DNA of 64,000 bases. It comes from an uncultured Hyphomicrobiales bacterium. Its GTDB lineage: Bacteria > Pseudomonadota > Alphaproteobacteria > Rhizobiales > Xanthobacteraceae. The position numbers and the translations under genes are program-made. The stretch spans positions 12,861 through 76,860 of the forward strand of contig CAYWNY010000003.1 of assembly GCA_964459765.1 (NCBI GenBank), in the 5' to 3' direction. Below the pieces are notes generated by a model that saw nothing but the letters and a program-made list of their open reading frames with translations, ran no database searches and was not told the DNA's origin. Of this stretch, positions 1-10,182 are shown in pieces (the stretch's first letter is position 1; each line of letters starts with the position of its first letter).

Positions 1-409
1 CGCCGTCGCCTTGCTGGTACCGTCGGCCGTGACGGCGATGGGCAATCCCGGTCCGCACGGCTTTACCGAAGTGCTCTACGCCTATACCTCGCAGACCGGC
101 AATAACGGCTCAGCGTTCGCGGGCTTAAGCGCCAATACCCTGTTCTACAATCTCACCAGCGCCGTCGCGATGTTCATCGGTCGGTTTTGGATGATCATCC
201 CGACCATGGCCATTGCCGCGTCCTTGGCCGAGAAGAAATCGATCCCGGCTTCGGCCGGCACGATTCCGACCACCGGCGGCTTGTTCGTCGGCCTAGTCGT
301 GGGCGTGATCATCATTATCGGCGGGCTGACGTTTTTCCCGGCGCTGGCGCTCGGACCGCTCGCCGAGCAGCTGGCGATCAATGCCGGCACGCTGTTCTCG
401 GCAAATTAG
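1..409 (+). CDS. kdpA: Potassium-transporting ATPase subunit KdpA, C-terminal end (gene begins upstream of the window)
   Basis: The ORF is open to the left window edge (track ORF 11..409). The C-terminal sequence [29 protein letters not shown]...[14 protein letters not shown] matches the conserved KdpA C-terminus. kdpB follows 19 nt downstream. Confidence 0.9.
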   Translation, partial: AVALLVPSAVTAMGNPGPHGFTEVLYAYTSQTGNNGSAFAGLSANTLFYNLTSAVAMFIGRFWMIIPTMAIAASLAEKKSIPASAGTIPTTGGLFVGLVVGVIIIIGGLTFFPALALGPLAEQLAINAGTLFSAN

Positions 410-427
410 GCTTTCGGAGCGTCCGCG

Positions 428-2539
428 ATGGAGACTTCACAGCTGCGCAAAAGCCTGCCGGTTTCGGCGCTCTTCGATCCAAAGATCGTCGTCCCGGCGA
501 TCGGCTCCGCCTTCGTCAAGCTTAATCCGCTTAAGCTAATGAAGAACCCGGTCATGTTCGTGCTCGAAGTCGTCACCGCGCTGACGACGGTCATTTTTAT
601 CCGCGATCTGGCGACCGGCGGGACACACCTCGGCTTCGAATTCCAGATCATCCTGTGGCTGTGGTTCACGGTGTTGTTCGCCAATTTCGCCGAAGCCGTC
701 GCCGAAGGACGCGGCAAGGCGCAGGCCGACACGTTGCGCCGTCAGCGCACCGAAACACAAGCCAAGCTGATCAACGGATCGGGCGATCAGCAGAGCTATC
801 GGCTGGTGCCGAGCACGGGTCTTAAGGTGGGCGACCTGGTCTTGGTCGAGGCCGGCGATCTGATCCCCTCCGACGGCGAAGTGGTCCAGGGCATGGCGTC
901 GGTCAACGAAGCCGCCATCACCGGGGAATCGGCTCCGGTCATTCGCGAATCCGGCGGCGACCGCTCGGCCGTAACCGGGGGCACCCAGGTGTTGTCCGAT
1001 TGGATCCGCGTGCGCATAACGGCGGCGCCCGGCTCGACCTTCCTCGATCGGATGATCCGGCTGGTCGAGGGCGCCGAACGGCAGAAGACTCCGAACGAAA
1101 TCGCGCTCGATATTCTCTTGGTCGGCCTGACCATCATCTTTGTGTTCGCAACCGCGACCATCCCGAGCTATGTCGCCTACACCGGCGGCTCGATTTCGGT
1201 CGTGGTCCTGGTGGCGTTGTTCGTGACGCTCATTCCCACCACCATCGGCGCGTTGTTATCGGCCATCGGCATTGCCGGCATGGACCGGCTGGTGCGCTTT
1301 AACGTGCTCGCCATGTCCGGACGCGCGGTAGAGGCGGCCGGCGACGTCGATACACTCCTCCTCGACAAGACCGGCACCATTACGCTTGGCAACCGGCAGG
1401 CCACCGAATTCAAGCCGCTGCGCAGCGTCAGCGACCAGGAACTAGCCGACGCGGCGCAGCTGGCGTCGCTCGCCGACGAGACGCCGGAAGGGCGTTCCAT
1501 CGTCGTGCTGGCGAAGGAAAAATACGGCATCCGCGGTCGCGACCTGGCCGACTTGCACGCCAATTTCATTCCGTTCAGCGCGCAGACACGCATGAGCGGC
1601 GTGGAGGTCGGCTCGTCGTGGGTGCGCAAAGGCGCCGTCGACTCGATCTTGAATTTCATCAACGCTGCACCGGCCGCCGTTGTCGGCATGACGTCAGCGC
1701 CGCGCCCGAGCCTGAGCGGCGAGACCGTGCGCGAGGTTACCGCGCTCGCCGACACGATCGCGAAATCCGGCGGCACGCCCCTGGTCGTGGCCAAGGACGG
1801 CCGCATTCTCGGCGTCATTCATCTCAAAGACATCGTCAAGGGCGGCATCCGCGAGCGCTTCGCCGAATTGCGCCGCATGGGCATTCGCACCATCATGATC
1901 ACCGGCGACAATCCAATGACCGCCGCGGCGATCGCGGCTGAAGCCGGGGTTGACGATTTTCTGGCGCAGGCGACGCCCGAGGATAAGCTGCGCCTGATCC
2001 GCGATGAGCAGGCCAAGGGCAAGCTTGTCGCCATGTGCGGCGACGGCACCAACGACGCGCCGGCGCTGGCGCAAGCCGACGTCGGCGTCGCCATGAATAC
2101 CGGCACGCAGGCCGCGCGCGAAGCCGGCAACATGGTCGATCTCGATTCCAACCCGACCAAGCTCATCGAGATCGTCGAGATCGGCAAGCAGCTGCTGATG
2201 ACGCGCGGCGCGCTCACCACCTTCTCGATCGCCAACGACGTGGCCAAGTACTTCGCCATCATCCCGGCGATGTTCGTCGCTTTCTATCCGCAGCTGCAGA
2301 CGCTCAACATCATGCGGCTGCAGACGCCCGAGAGTGCGATCCTTTCGGCAATCATCTTCAATGCGCTTGTCATTGTCGCGTTGATCCCGCTGTCGCTCAA
2401 AGGCGTGCGCTATCGTCCGATCGGCGCCGCCGCGCTGTTGCGCCGCAATCTTTGGATCTACGGCGTCGGCGGCGTGATCATTCCATTCATAGGCATCAAG
2501 GCGATCGACCTCGCGGTCACCGCCTTTCATCTCGCCTAA
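428..2539 (+). CDS. kdpB: Potassium-transporting P-type ATPase catalytic subunit KdpB
   Basis: 703-aa ORF with P-type ATPase motifs DKTGTIT (phosphorylation site), MITGDN and [11 protein letters not shown]. It sits between kdpA and kdpC. Confidence 0.97.
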   Translation: METSQLRKSLPVSALFDPKIVVPAIGSAFVKLNPLKLMKNPVMFVLEVVTALTTVIFIRDLATGGTHLGFEFQIILWLWFTVLFANFAEAVAEGRGKAQADTLRRQRTETQAKLINGSGDQQSYRLVPSTGLKVGDLVLVEAGDLIPSDGEVVQGMASVNEAAITGESAPVIRESGGDRSAVTGGTQVLSDWIRVRITAAPGSTFLDRMIRLVEGAERQKTPNEIALDILLVGLTIIFVFATATIPSYVAYTGGSISVVVLVALFVTLIPTTIGALLSAIGIAGMDRLVRFNVLAMSGRAVEAAGDVDTLLLDKTGTITLGNRQATEFKPLRSVSDQELADAAQLASLADETPEGRSIVVLAKEKYGIRGRDLADLHANFIPFSAQTRMSGVEVGSSWVRKGAVDSILNFINAAPAAVVGMTSAPRPSLSGETVREVTALADTIAKSGGTPLVVAKDGRILGVIHLKDIVKGGIRERFAELRRMGIRTIMITGDNPMTAAAIAAEAGVDDFLAQATPEDKLRLIRDEQAKGKLVAMCGDGTNDAPALAQADVGVAMNTGTQAAREAGNMVDLDSNPTKLIEIVEIGKQLLMTRGALTTFSIANDVAKYFAIIPAMFVAFYPQLQTLNIMRLQTPESAILSAIIFNALVIVALIPLSLKGVRYRPIGAAALLRRNLWIYGVGGVIIPFIGIKAIDLAVTAFHLA

Positions 2540-2553
2540 GGAAGAGGCCCGCT

Positions 2554-3159
2554 ATGTTGCGCGAGATCCGTCCCGCGATCGTCGTTCTGGTCGTCCTGAC
2601 GCTCATTACCGGGCTGGCTTATCCGCTGGCCATCACCGGCATCGCCGAAGTTATTTTTCCCCGCCAGGCGCAGGGCAGTCTGATCGAACGCGATGGCCGC
2701 GTAGTCGGCTCCGCGCTCATTGGGCAGGACTTTACCAGCGACAAATACTTCCACGGCCGGCCGTCGGCGACGACTGCCCCCGATCCGAAAGATCCCACCA
2801 AGACGGTGGCTACGCCTTACAACGCCGCCAATTCCGGCGGTTCCAATCTTGGGCCATCCAATAAGGCGCTGATCGACCGCGTGCAGGGCGACCTCGACAA
2901 GCTTCGGGCCGAGAATCCGTCAATGCCGGTCCCGGTCGACTTGGTCACGACGTCGGGAAGCGGGCTTGACCCGGATATCTCGCCGGAAGCCGCGTACTTC
3001 CAGGTCCCCCGTGTTGCCAAGGCGCGCAACTTGACCGAAAATCTAGTGCGTCAGCTCGTCAGCGATCACGTCGAGGAACGTTTCCTCGGACTTTTGGGCG
3101 AGCCGCGCGTGAACGTCCTCTTGCTCAATCTCGCGCTCGACCGGCTGTCAGCCGGATAG
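2554..3159 (+). CDS. kdpC: Potassium-transporting ATPase subunit KdpC
   Basis: The internal ATG at 2554 gives [29 protein letters not shown]..., a typical KdpC N-terminal TM helix. The gene is 201 aa, and the upstream part of track ORF 2035..3159 overlaps kdpB out of frame. Confidence 0.93.
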   Translation: MLREIRPAIVVLVVLTLITGLAYPLAITGIAEVIFPRQAQGSLIERDGRVVGSALIGQDFTSDKYFHGRPSATTAPDPKDPTKTVATPYNAANSGGSNLGPSNKALIDRVQGDLDKLRAENPSMPVPVDLVTTSGSGLDPDISPEAAYFQVPRVAKARNLTENLVRQLVSDHVEERFLGLLGEPRVNVLLLNLALDRLSAG

Positions 3160-3188
3160 CGACGCACCCGGGACGTCTAGAGACCTGA

Positions 3189-5918
3189 TTGGTGATGGCG
3201 GATCCGCGGCGCGATTCCGAACATAGGCCCTCGCCGGAAGCCCTGCTCGAAGCAGCGCGCCGCGAAGAAGGCCGCGTCGGCAAGCTGCGAATTTTTGTCG
3301 GCGCCGCGCCCGGCGTCGGCAAGACCTACGAGATGCTGCAGCAAGCGCATGCCCGCAAAAAGGACGGCTACGATGTCGTCGCCGGCATCGTCGAGACCCA
3401 CGGCCGCAGAGACACGGAAGCGTTGCTGCAAGGCCTGGAAGTCGTTCCGCGCCGGCACATCGAATACAAAGGCCAGTGGTTCGAGGAAATGGACCTCGAT
3501 GCGCTGATCGCGCGCCGGCCGCAGATCGCGCTGGTCGACGAACTCGCGCATACAAATGTCGAAGGCAGCCGCCACCCCAAACGCTACCTCGACGTCGAAG
3601 AGCTGATGAATGCCGGCATCGACGTCTACACCACCGTCAACATCCAGCACATCGAAAGCCTCAACGACGTGGTGGCGCAAATCACTCATGTACGCGTGCG
3701 CGAGACCGTGCCGGACGCCGTGTTCGACCGCGCCGATGCCGTCGAACTGGTCGACCTGACCCCCGACGATCTGATCCAGCGGCTCCGCGAAGGCAAAGTT
3801 TATGTTCCCAAGCAGGCCGAGCGCGCTCTCGAACATTTCTTTTCCCCGGCCAATCTGACTGCTTTGCGCGAGCTCGCCTTGCGCCGCACCGCCGAGCGGG
3901 TCGACGACCAATTGCTCACCGAAATGCAGGCGCACGCCATTTCGGGACCGTGGGCGGCCGGCGAGCGCATTCTGGTCTGCATCAGCGACGACCAGCGCTC
4001 CGCCGGCCTCGTCCGTTATGCTAAGCGGCTCGCGGACCGGCTTCATGGGCCGTGGACGGCGCTCTATGTCGAGGGACGTCGTGCGCTGCAACTATCGGAC
4101 GAAGAACGCGATCGCATCGCCGACACTTTGCGGCTGGTCGAAGCGCTCGGCGGCGAGGCGATTACGCTGCCCGCCAGCCATCGGCAAATCGCCGAGGACG
4201 TCGTCAATTACGCGCAGGCCAACAATGCGACGCAAATCGTGATCGGCAAGTCGGAGCGGTCGCGCTGGTTCGAAATCTTGCACGGCTCGGTGGTGCACGA
4301 TCTTGTCCGCCGCTCCGGCAACATCAGCGTCCACGTCATCGCCGGCGAGACTATCGAGGGAGAGCCGATCCCTAAAAAGACCGTTCGCGCCGCCGAGCGC
4401 GACGAGACCGCCGATCCGCAGCCTTATGGCCTTGCGCTCCTTGCGGTGGCGATAGCGCTCGGCTTCGCCGAGCTGATCCGGCCCTGGTTCGGGGTCGAGA
4501 ATGTCGATCTGGTGTTTCTCACCGCGGTCGTCAGCGTCGCGGTTCGGCTCGGTTTATGGCCGTCGCTGCTGGCCAGCGTCGCAGCCTCGCTCTGCTACAA
4601 CTTCTTTTTCCTGCCGCCGATCTACAGCTTCACCATTACCGGCCCGACCAATATCGCGGCCTTCATTTTGTTTATTCTGGTGGCCGTCATTGCTTCGTCG
4701 GTGTCCGTGCGCGGCCGTACCGAGGCGGCGGCTGCCGTCGATCGCGCCCGCACGACTGAGTCGCTTTATTCATTCAGCCGCAAGCTCGCCGGCACCGGAA
4801 CGCTCGACGACGTGCTTTGGGCCACCGCCTATCAGACCGCGTTGATGCTCAAAGTGCGGGTGGTGCTGCTGCTGCCGGAGAACGGCATGATCGCGGTCAA
4901 GGCCGGCTATCCGCCGGAGGATATCCTCGACGACGCCGATCTCGCGGCGGCGAAATGGGCCTGGGAGAATGACCGTGCCGCGGGCCGCGGCTCGGACACG
5001 TTGCCCGGCGCCAAGCGGCTGTTTCTGCCAATGCGTACCGGCCGCGGCGCCGTCGGCATCATGGGCATCGACAGCGACAAACCGGGCCCGTTGCTCACGC
5101 CCGATCAACGGCGGCTCCTCGACGCGCTGCGCGATCAGGGCGCGCTCGCGATCGAACGCGTGCGGCTGGTCGAAGACATGGACCGGGTCGAACGCGCCGC
5201 CGAAACCGAGCGGCTGCGCTCGGCGCTGCTGACCTCAATCTCGCACGATCTGAAGACGCCGCTGGCGGCCGTGCTCGGCGCCGCCGAAACGTTGCGCGAC
5301 GTCGGGGACAGATTGACGGACGGGGAGAAGGTCGATCTCTTGACGACCATCATCGAGGAGTCCGAACGGCTCAACCGCTTCATCGCCAACCTGCTCGACA
5401 TGACCAAGCTTGAATCGGGCGCCGTTTCCCCAAATGTCGGCTTGCACGACGTCGGCGAGATCGTCGGCTCGGCATTGCGGCGCGCAAGCCGCATCCTGGC
5501 CAATCACAGAGTCGAGCTCGATCTGGCGCCGGACCTGCCGATGCTGGCACTCGACGCAGTGCTGTTTGAGCAAGCCCTGTTCAATCTACTCGACAATGCC
5601 GCCAAATATTCGCCGCCCGAAACCACCATCCGCGTGCAAAGCTGGCAAGATGGCGATTCGGTTTTCTTGCGCGTGCTCGATGAAGGCAGCGGCATTCCGC
5701 CCGGCGATCTGGAGCACATCTTCGACAAATTCTATCGGGCGCAAAAGACCGACCAGGTCCGCGCCGGCACCGGACTCGGACTCGCGATTTCGCGCGGCTT
5801 CGTCGAAGCCATGAACGGCACCATCATCGCCGCTAACCGCACCGACCGCAGCGGCGCCGCATTTACGATTCGCTTGCCGATCCCGCGCGCGCGACAAAGC
5901 CTGGACGCGGCCGCATGA
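3189..5918 (+). CDS. kdpD: Sensor histidine kinase KdpD
   Basis: 909 aa. It has an N-terminal KdpD domain with P-loop GAAPGVGKT, a Usp-like region, a four-TM block, the H-box SHDLKTPL and an HATPase domain. The first ATG is at 3195 (TTG at 3189). Confidence 0.95.
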   Translation: MVMADPRRDSEHRPSPEALLEAARREEGRVGKLRIFVGAAPGVGKTYEMLQQAHARKKDGYDVVAGIVETHGRRDTEALLQGLEVVPRRHIEYKGQWFEEMDLDALIARRPQIALVDELAHTNVEGSRHPKRYLDVEELMNAGIDVYTTVNIQHIESLNDVVAQITHVRVRETVPDAVFDRADAVELVDLTPDDLIQRLREGKVYVPKQAERALEHFFSPANLTALRELALRRTAERVDDQLLTEMQAHAISGPWAAGERILVCISDDQRSAGLVRYAKRLADRLHGPWTALYVEGRRALQLSDEERDRIADTLRLVEALGGEAITLPASHRQIAEDVVNYAQANNATQIVIGKSERSRWFEILHGSVVHDLVRRSGNISVHVIAGETIEGEPIPKKTVRAAERDETADPQPYGLALLAVAIALGFAELIRPWFGVENVDLVFLTAVVSVAVRLGLWPSLLASVAASLCYNFFFLPPIYSFTITGPTNIAAFILFILVAVIASSVSVRGRTEAAAAVDRARTTESLYSFSRKLAGTGTLDDVLWATAYQTALMLKVRVVLLLPENGMIAVKAGYPPEDILDDADLAAAKWAWENDRAAGRGSDTLPGAKRLFLPMRTGRGAVGIMGIDSDKPGPLLTPDQRRLLDALRDQGALAIERVRLVEDMDRVERAAETERLRSALLTSISHDLKTPLAAVLGAAETLRDVGDRLTDGEKVDLLTTIIEESERLNRFIANLLDMTKLESGAVSPNVGLHDVGEIVGSALRRASRILANHRVELDLAPDLPMLALDAVLFEQALFNLLDNAAKYSPPETTIRVQSWQDGDSVFLRVLDEGSGIPPGDLEHIFDKFYRAQKTDQVRAGTGLGLAISRGFVEAMNGTIIAANRTDRSGAAFTIRLPIPRARQSLDAAA

Positions 5919-6604
5919 GCGCCGCCCCACTCCGGGTGTTGGTGGTCGATGACGAGCCGCCGATCCGCAAGCTCCTGCGCATGGGCCTGAGCGCACAGGG
6001 CTACCAAACGCTTGAAGCGCCAAACGGCAAGACTGCACTCGAATTGCTCGAGCAGGCCCCCGACTTGGTCATTCTCGACCTCGGCCTGCCCGACGTAAAA
6101 GGCCTCGAACTGTTGCGCACCATTCGCGCGCGCAACGAGAGCGTTCCGATCGTGGTGTTGTCGAGCCGCGGCGACGAAGCCGGCAAGGTTGCCGCGCTCG
6201 ACCTCGGCGCCGACGACTACGTCACCAAGCCGTTCGGGATGGAGGAGCTGCTGGCGCGCATGCGGGCGGCCCTTCGGCATCAGTTACAGATTCACGGCGA
6301 GCGACCAGTTTTTAAGGTCGGCGACCTCTCGGTCGATCTGGTCCGCCGTCTGGTCAAAGTCGGCGACAAGGAGGTCAAACTGTCGCCAAAGGAATACGAT
6401 CTGCTGCGCGTCCTGGTGCAGCACGCCGGCAAGGTCCTAACCCACAAATTTTTGCTCGGCGAATTGTGGGACGACCTGACGGACGCCCAGTATCTTCGCG
6501 TCTATGTGCGCCAGCTGCGGCAAAAGATCGAAGCCGACCCGGAGCGGCCACAATTTATCCTCACTGAAACCGGGATCGGCTACCGGCTGCGCGCACCGGA
6601 TTAG
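5915..6604 (+). CDS. kdpE: OmpR-family response regulator KdpE
   Basis: 229 aa with a receiver domain (VVDDE...DLGLPD) and a winged-helix C-terminus (GIGYRL). Its start overlaps the kdpD stop by 4 nt (ATGA). Confidence 0.95.
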   Translation: MSAAPLRVLVVDDEPPIRKLLRMGLSAQGYQTLEAPNGKTALELLEQAPDLVILDLGLPDVKGLELLRTIRARNESVPIVVLSSRGDEAGKVAALDLGADDYVTKPFGMEELLARMRAALRHQLQIHGERPVFKVGDLSVDLVRRLVKVGDKEVKLSPKEYDLLRVLVQHAGKVLTHKFLLGELWDDLTDAQYLRVYVRQLRQKIEADPERPQFILTETGIGYRLRAPD

Positions 6605-6707
6605 CGCATGATCCGGAAAAGTGGACACCGGTTTTCCGAAAAAGATCATGCGCCAGCGTAGAATCTAGACCACGATCCGATTCAACCTGATCGGATCGTG
6701 GTCTAGA
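6604..6707. repeat. Composite intergenic palindromic element, copy 1 (hairpin A 6604-6653, hairpin B 6664-6707)
   Basis: Hairpin A is GCGCATGATCCGGAAAAGTGGACACCGGTTTTCCGAAAAAGATCATGCGC. Hairpin B is a perfect inverted repeat, TCTAGACCACGATCCGAT-TCAACC-TGATCGGATCGTGGTCTAGA. A near-identical two-part unit recurs at 10029-10131 and a degenerate one at about 15527-15598. Confidence 0.85.
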
Positions 6708-6792
6708 TAGCGCGCAGCGCGATGGCAAGTCGTGCAAATGTGCGGTGCATCGTTTATTGATGCCACCGACAGACTGTCGGGAGGATTACACC

Positions 6793-7428
6793 ATGGCCGA
6801 AGAGCTCGTTTTCTACACCAACCCACGCTCACGCGGACGCATCGTGCGCTGGATGCTAGAAGAGGTCGGGCAGCCGTACCGCACCGAAGTACTCGACTAC
6901 GGCACGACCATGAAGGCGCCGGCGTATCTCGCGATCAACCCCATGGGCAAGGTGCCGGCGCTGCGCCACGGCGAAGCAGTAGTCACCGAGGCCGCGGCCA
7001 TCTGCGCCTACCTCGCCGACGCGTTTCCGCAAGCCGGATTGGCGCCGCCGCCCGGCGATCGTCTGCGCGCTCCCTATTATCGCTGGCTGTTTTTCGCCGC
7101 GGGCCCGCTCGAGGCGTCGGTCACCAACAAGAAATTTGGCTTCGTGGTGCCGCCGGAACGCCAGGCGTCGGTCGGCTATGGGTCTTATGACCTGGCGACA
7201 AAAACGCTCGAAGACGCCGTGTCGGCGGGCGACTATCTCGTGGGCGGGAAATTTAGCGCCGCCGACGTCTATATCGGCTCGCATATCGGCTTTGGCCTGA
7301 TGTTCGGCACGCTCGAAAAGAAACCGGCATTCGAGCGTTATCTGCAGCGACTGACGGCGCGTCCAGCCTATCAGCGCGCCAACGAACTCGACAATGCACT
7401 GATGCCGCCGCAGAAGGCGGCAAGCTGA
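6793..7428 (+). CDS. Glutathione S-transferase family protein
   Basis: The ATG at 6793 is preceded by GGGAGGA. The N-terminal thioredoxin-like fold (FYTNPRSRGRIVRWMLEE...MGKVPAL) and C-terminal GST helices fit the family. The product is 211 aa. Confidence 0.85.
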   Translation: MAEELVFYTNPRSRGRIVRWMLEEVGQPYRTEVLDYGTTMKAPAYLAINPMGKVPALRHGEAVVTEAAAICAYLADAFPQAGLAPPPGDRLRAPYYRWLFFAAGPLEASVTNKKFGFVVPPERQASVGYGSYDLATKTLEDAVSAGDYLVGGKFSAADVYIGSHIGFGLMFGTLEKKPAFERYLQRLTARPAYQRANELDNALMPPQKAAS

Positions 7429-7429
7429 T

Positions 7430-8302
7430 TTAAGTTTTTGGGAGCCGCATCAGCGGCTCCCCGACCCGGATATTGACGCCCTCGCGCACATTCTCGGTGA
7501 GCTCAAAGCCTTCCGGCGCAAAGACGATGATGGTCGAGCCATGCTCGAACCAGCCGAGTTCGTCGCCTTTGCGGAAGTCGGCGTCGCACGGCAGCGCATT
7601 GGGCCCGCGATGCGCAAGATTGAGCGGCGCGTCGAGGCAATGCAGGCGAATGCTGGCGACCAGAATGGCGGCGACCGCAACCAAAGTCACCGGTGCGCCG
7701 TTCGTGGCGAGCGTTGTGCGCACCATAGCGCGCTCGTTCTTGCAAAACAGGCGCTCGACGCGCTTGAGCGCGATCGGGTTGACGTTCCACGTATCGCCGG
7801 AAATGTAGATCACTTCCTCTACCCGGCAGTCGTGCGGCGCGTGGAAGCGATGATACATGCTCGACGTGAGGCGGAGCGTCACATAGCGGCCGTTGCGGTG
7901 CGCCTCGACCAGCGCGCGGCCGTGGAGCAAGTCCTCGAGTATGTAGGGAAAGCCCTTGGCCTGAAAAAGCTCGGTGCCGGCGATCGCGCCGCAGGCCCCG
8001 ACAATGGCATCGCAGGGACTGACCAGGATGTCGGTCCGGGCGTCGATCGGCCGCGCGCCGTCTTTGAGTTCGCGCGTGAAGCAATCGTGCACGCTGCGGA
8101 ACCGTGTCTTCTTGGCCTCCCCAAGATCGAGGTCGGAAAACAGCCGCCAAACGGCGATCGAAGCGTCGCGGATAAGCGGTTGCTCGATTTTGCTGAACCA
8201 GCCGACGAACTGCGTGGCCAACCGCCGCGGAATGCGGTTGGTCAGGAGGAAGTTGATATCCTCCTGCGCCAACAACCGCATAAGTCCGGACCGCACTGTC
8301 AT
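7430..8302 (-). CDS. Phosphatidylserine decarboxylase family protein (long, Psd/Asd-like proenzyme)
   Basis: It has the self-cleavage motif context LGWFEHGSTIIVF and other Psd-family blocks (FHAPHDCRV). The start is chosen at ATG 8302 (MTVRSGLMRLL...), while the track ORF extends to 8350. It is divergent from the aminotransferase gene. Confidence 0.8.
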   Translation of the reverse strand: MTVRSGLMRLLAQEDINFLLTNRIPRRLATQFVGWFSKIEQPLIRDASIAVWRLFSDLDLGEAKKTRFRSVHDCFTRELKDGARPIDARTDILVSPCDAIVGACGAIAGTELFQAKGFPYILEDLLHGRALVEAHRNGRYVTLRLTSSMYHRFHAPHDCRVEEVIYISGDTWNVNPIALKRVERLFCKNERAMVRTTLATNGAPVTLVAVAAILVASIRLHCLDAPLNLAHRGPNALPCDADFRKGDELGWFEHGSTIIVFAPEGFELTENVREGVNIRVGEPLMRLPKT

Positions 8303-8337
8303 GGCGCTGTCAAATCCGGCGCGTAGACCGCGATTCG

Positions 8338-10131
8338 ATGGCACTGGCAACGACTTGGGCTACTGCTACACTGGCGCTCTACGGGGTTGGCGGCGCTGCG
8401 CTCGCGACCTCGTTTTATAAGCTGCGGCGCCGCCTCAATCTGTCGCAGGCCAAACACAAGTCGCTCTCCGGCCATTCGCGAATCGCCCGGCGGTTGGCCG
8501 CGCTGGTGCCGTTTTACGAATACGACGAAGCGCACTTCTTTTGCGCCGACGGTGCGCCCGAAGCAGTGTTGCAACGCCGCCGCACCGGCTTTGCGAGGCT
8601 CTCCACGCTTTATAAAACGCGCCTCGCCGAGACCGTCGCCCGCACCGCCGAGGCCGCCGAGAGCATTTCCGACCTGCAATTCACCAGCGCCTATCGCGTG
8701 CCATTCCAGTTCAACCGTTATGTGCGCCAGCACCTGCCGCCGGCGAGCTTCATGCAATCGAGCTCGGGCGTCATGGTAACCGACCTTGACGGCAATCACT
8801 TCTACGACGTCAGCGGCTCCTACGGCGTCAACGTGCTCGGCTACGACTTCTATAAGGGCGCCATCGAGCGCGGCGCTGCGCGGGTGCGCGAACTCGGCCC
8901 GGTGCTCGGCCCCTATCATCCGCTGATTATCGAGAATGTGAATATTTTGAAGGCGATTTCCGGGCTCGATGAAGTGTCCTTCCACATGTCGGGAACGGAA
9001 GCGGTGATGCAGGCGGTGCGGCTCGCGCGCTATCACACACGCCGCTCGCACCTGGTGCGGTTCTGCGGCGCCTATCACGGCTGGTGGGGCGACGTGCAGC
9101 CGGGCATCGGCAATCCGGTTCCGGCCCACGAAACCTATACGCTGGCCGACATGTCCGAGGCTTCGCTGCACGTCATCCGCACCCGAAGCGACATTGCCTG
9201 TGTCCTGATCAACCCGCTGCAGGCGCTGCATCCGAACGCCTCCGCCGCGAGCGACTCGGCGCTCCTCGACAGCGGGCGGCGCGCCCATTTCGACAAGGAC
9301 GCCTACGCCGCCTGGCTCAAGGCGCTGCGCGAGGTCTGCACCGAGCGCAATATCGTCCTGATCTTCGACGAAGTGTTCGTCGGCTTCCGGTTGGCGATCG
9401 GCGGCGCGCAGGAATATTTCGACGTGCGTGCCGACCTTGTGACCTACGGCAAGACCCTGGGCGGCGGACTTCCGATCGGCGTCGTCTGCGGCAAAAGCCA
9501 TTTGATGAAGCGCTATCGCGACGATCGGCCGGCCGATATATGCTTTGCCCGCGGCACCTTCAATTCCCACCCCTACGTCATGGCGGCGATGAATGAATTC
9601 TTGCGCCACCTGCAGACCCCGCGCGGCCGCGCCGTCTACGACGACCTCGACCGGACCTGGGACGAGCGGTCGCGGCGGCTCAATGAACGGCTCGGCGCGG
9701 AAGGATTGCCGGTGCACGTCGCCAATATCTCCTCGATCTGGACCGTGTGCTACACGCGGCCGTCGCGCTACAATTGGATGTTCCAATATTACCTCCGCGC
9801 GGAAGGGCTGGCGTTGAGCTGGGTCGGCACCGGACGGCTGATTTTCAGTCTCGACTATACCGAAGCCGATTTCGCGGCGGTGGCCGATCGCTTCGTCAGA
9901 GCCGCGCAAGCGATGCAAGGCGATGGCTGGTGGTGGAATAGTCCGACCCTGACCAACAAATCGATCAAGCGGGCGATCCTCAAAGAGACGATCGCCCGAC
10001 GCCTGTTTTCCCAAAGCTCGCAAACCTACCGCATGATCCGGAAAAGTGGATACCGATTTTCCGAAATAGATCATGCGCCAGCGAAGGATCCGGACCATGA
10101 TCCGATTCAACCAAATCGGATCATGATCTAG
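8338..10131 (+). CDS. Class-III (GSA-aminomutase-like) PLP-dependent aminotransferase with a ~130-aa N-terminal membrane-anchored extension
   Basis: 597 aa. It has an N-terminal TM helix (TATLALYGVGGAALATSFY) and a class-III aminotransferase core (SGTEAVMQAVRLAR, FDEVFVGFR, TYGKTLGGGLP with the PLP lysine context). The last ~35 codons read through repeat copy 2. Confidence 0.8.
   Translation: MALATTWATATLALYGVGGAALATSFYKLRRRLNLSQAKHKSLSGHSRIARRLAALVPFYEYDEAHFFCADGAPEAVLQRRRTGFARLSTLYKTRLAETVARTAEAAESISDLQFTSAYRVPFQFNRYVRQHLPPASFMQSSSGVMVTDLDGNHFYDVSGSYGVNVLGYDFYKGAIERGAARVRELGPVLGPYHPLIIENVNILKAISGLDEVSFHMSGTEAVMQAVRLARYHTRRSHLVRFCGAYHGWWGDVQPGIGNPVPAHETYTLADMSEASLHVIRTRSDIACVLINPLQALHPNASAASDSALLDSGRRAHFDKDAYAAWLKALREVCTERNIVLIFDEVFVGFRLAIGGAQEYFDVRADLVTYGKTLGGGLPIGVVCGKSHLMKRYRDDRPADICFARGTFNSHPYVMAAMNEFLRHLQTPRGRAVYDDLDRTWDERSRRLNERLGAEGLPVHVANISSIWTVCYTRPSRYNWMFQYYLRAEGLALSWVGTGRLIFSLDYTEADFAAVADRFVRAAQAMQGDGWWWNSPTLTNKSIKRAILKETIARRLFSQSSQTYRMIRKSGYRFSEIDHAPAKDPDHDPIQPNRIMI
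10029..10131. repeat. Composite palindromic element, copy 2 (hairpin A 10029-10078, hairpin B about 10091-10131)
   Basis: CGCATGATCCGGAAAAGTGGATACCGATTTTCCGAAATAGATCATGCGC is followed by ...ATCATGATCCGATTCAACCAAATCGGATCATGAT. It is homologous to copy 1 and forms the 3' end, including the stop, of the aminotransferase ORF. Confidence 0.85.
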
Positions 10132-10182
10132 CGCCGTCACGGCAACGAATAAGCCTGCGCGCCCTGGCAAAGACCGTCGGCG

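Noticed and set aside
8299-10170. Very long antisense ORFs opposite real genes. Examples: 8299..10170 (-), 623 aa; 32068..33729 (-), 553 aa; 27832..28989 (+), 385 aa; 1694..2530 (-); 44168..44842 (-).
   Set aside because: These are typical shadow ORFs of high-GC DNA. They are Arg/Ala/Gly-rich and low in complexity, with no recognisable domains. Each lies fully opposite a gene that has clear family motifs.
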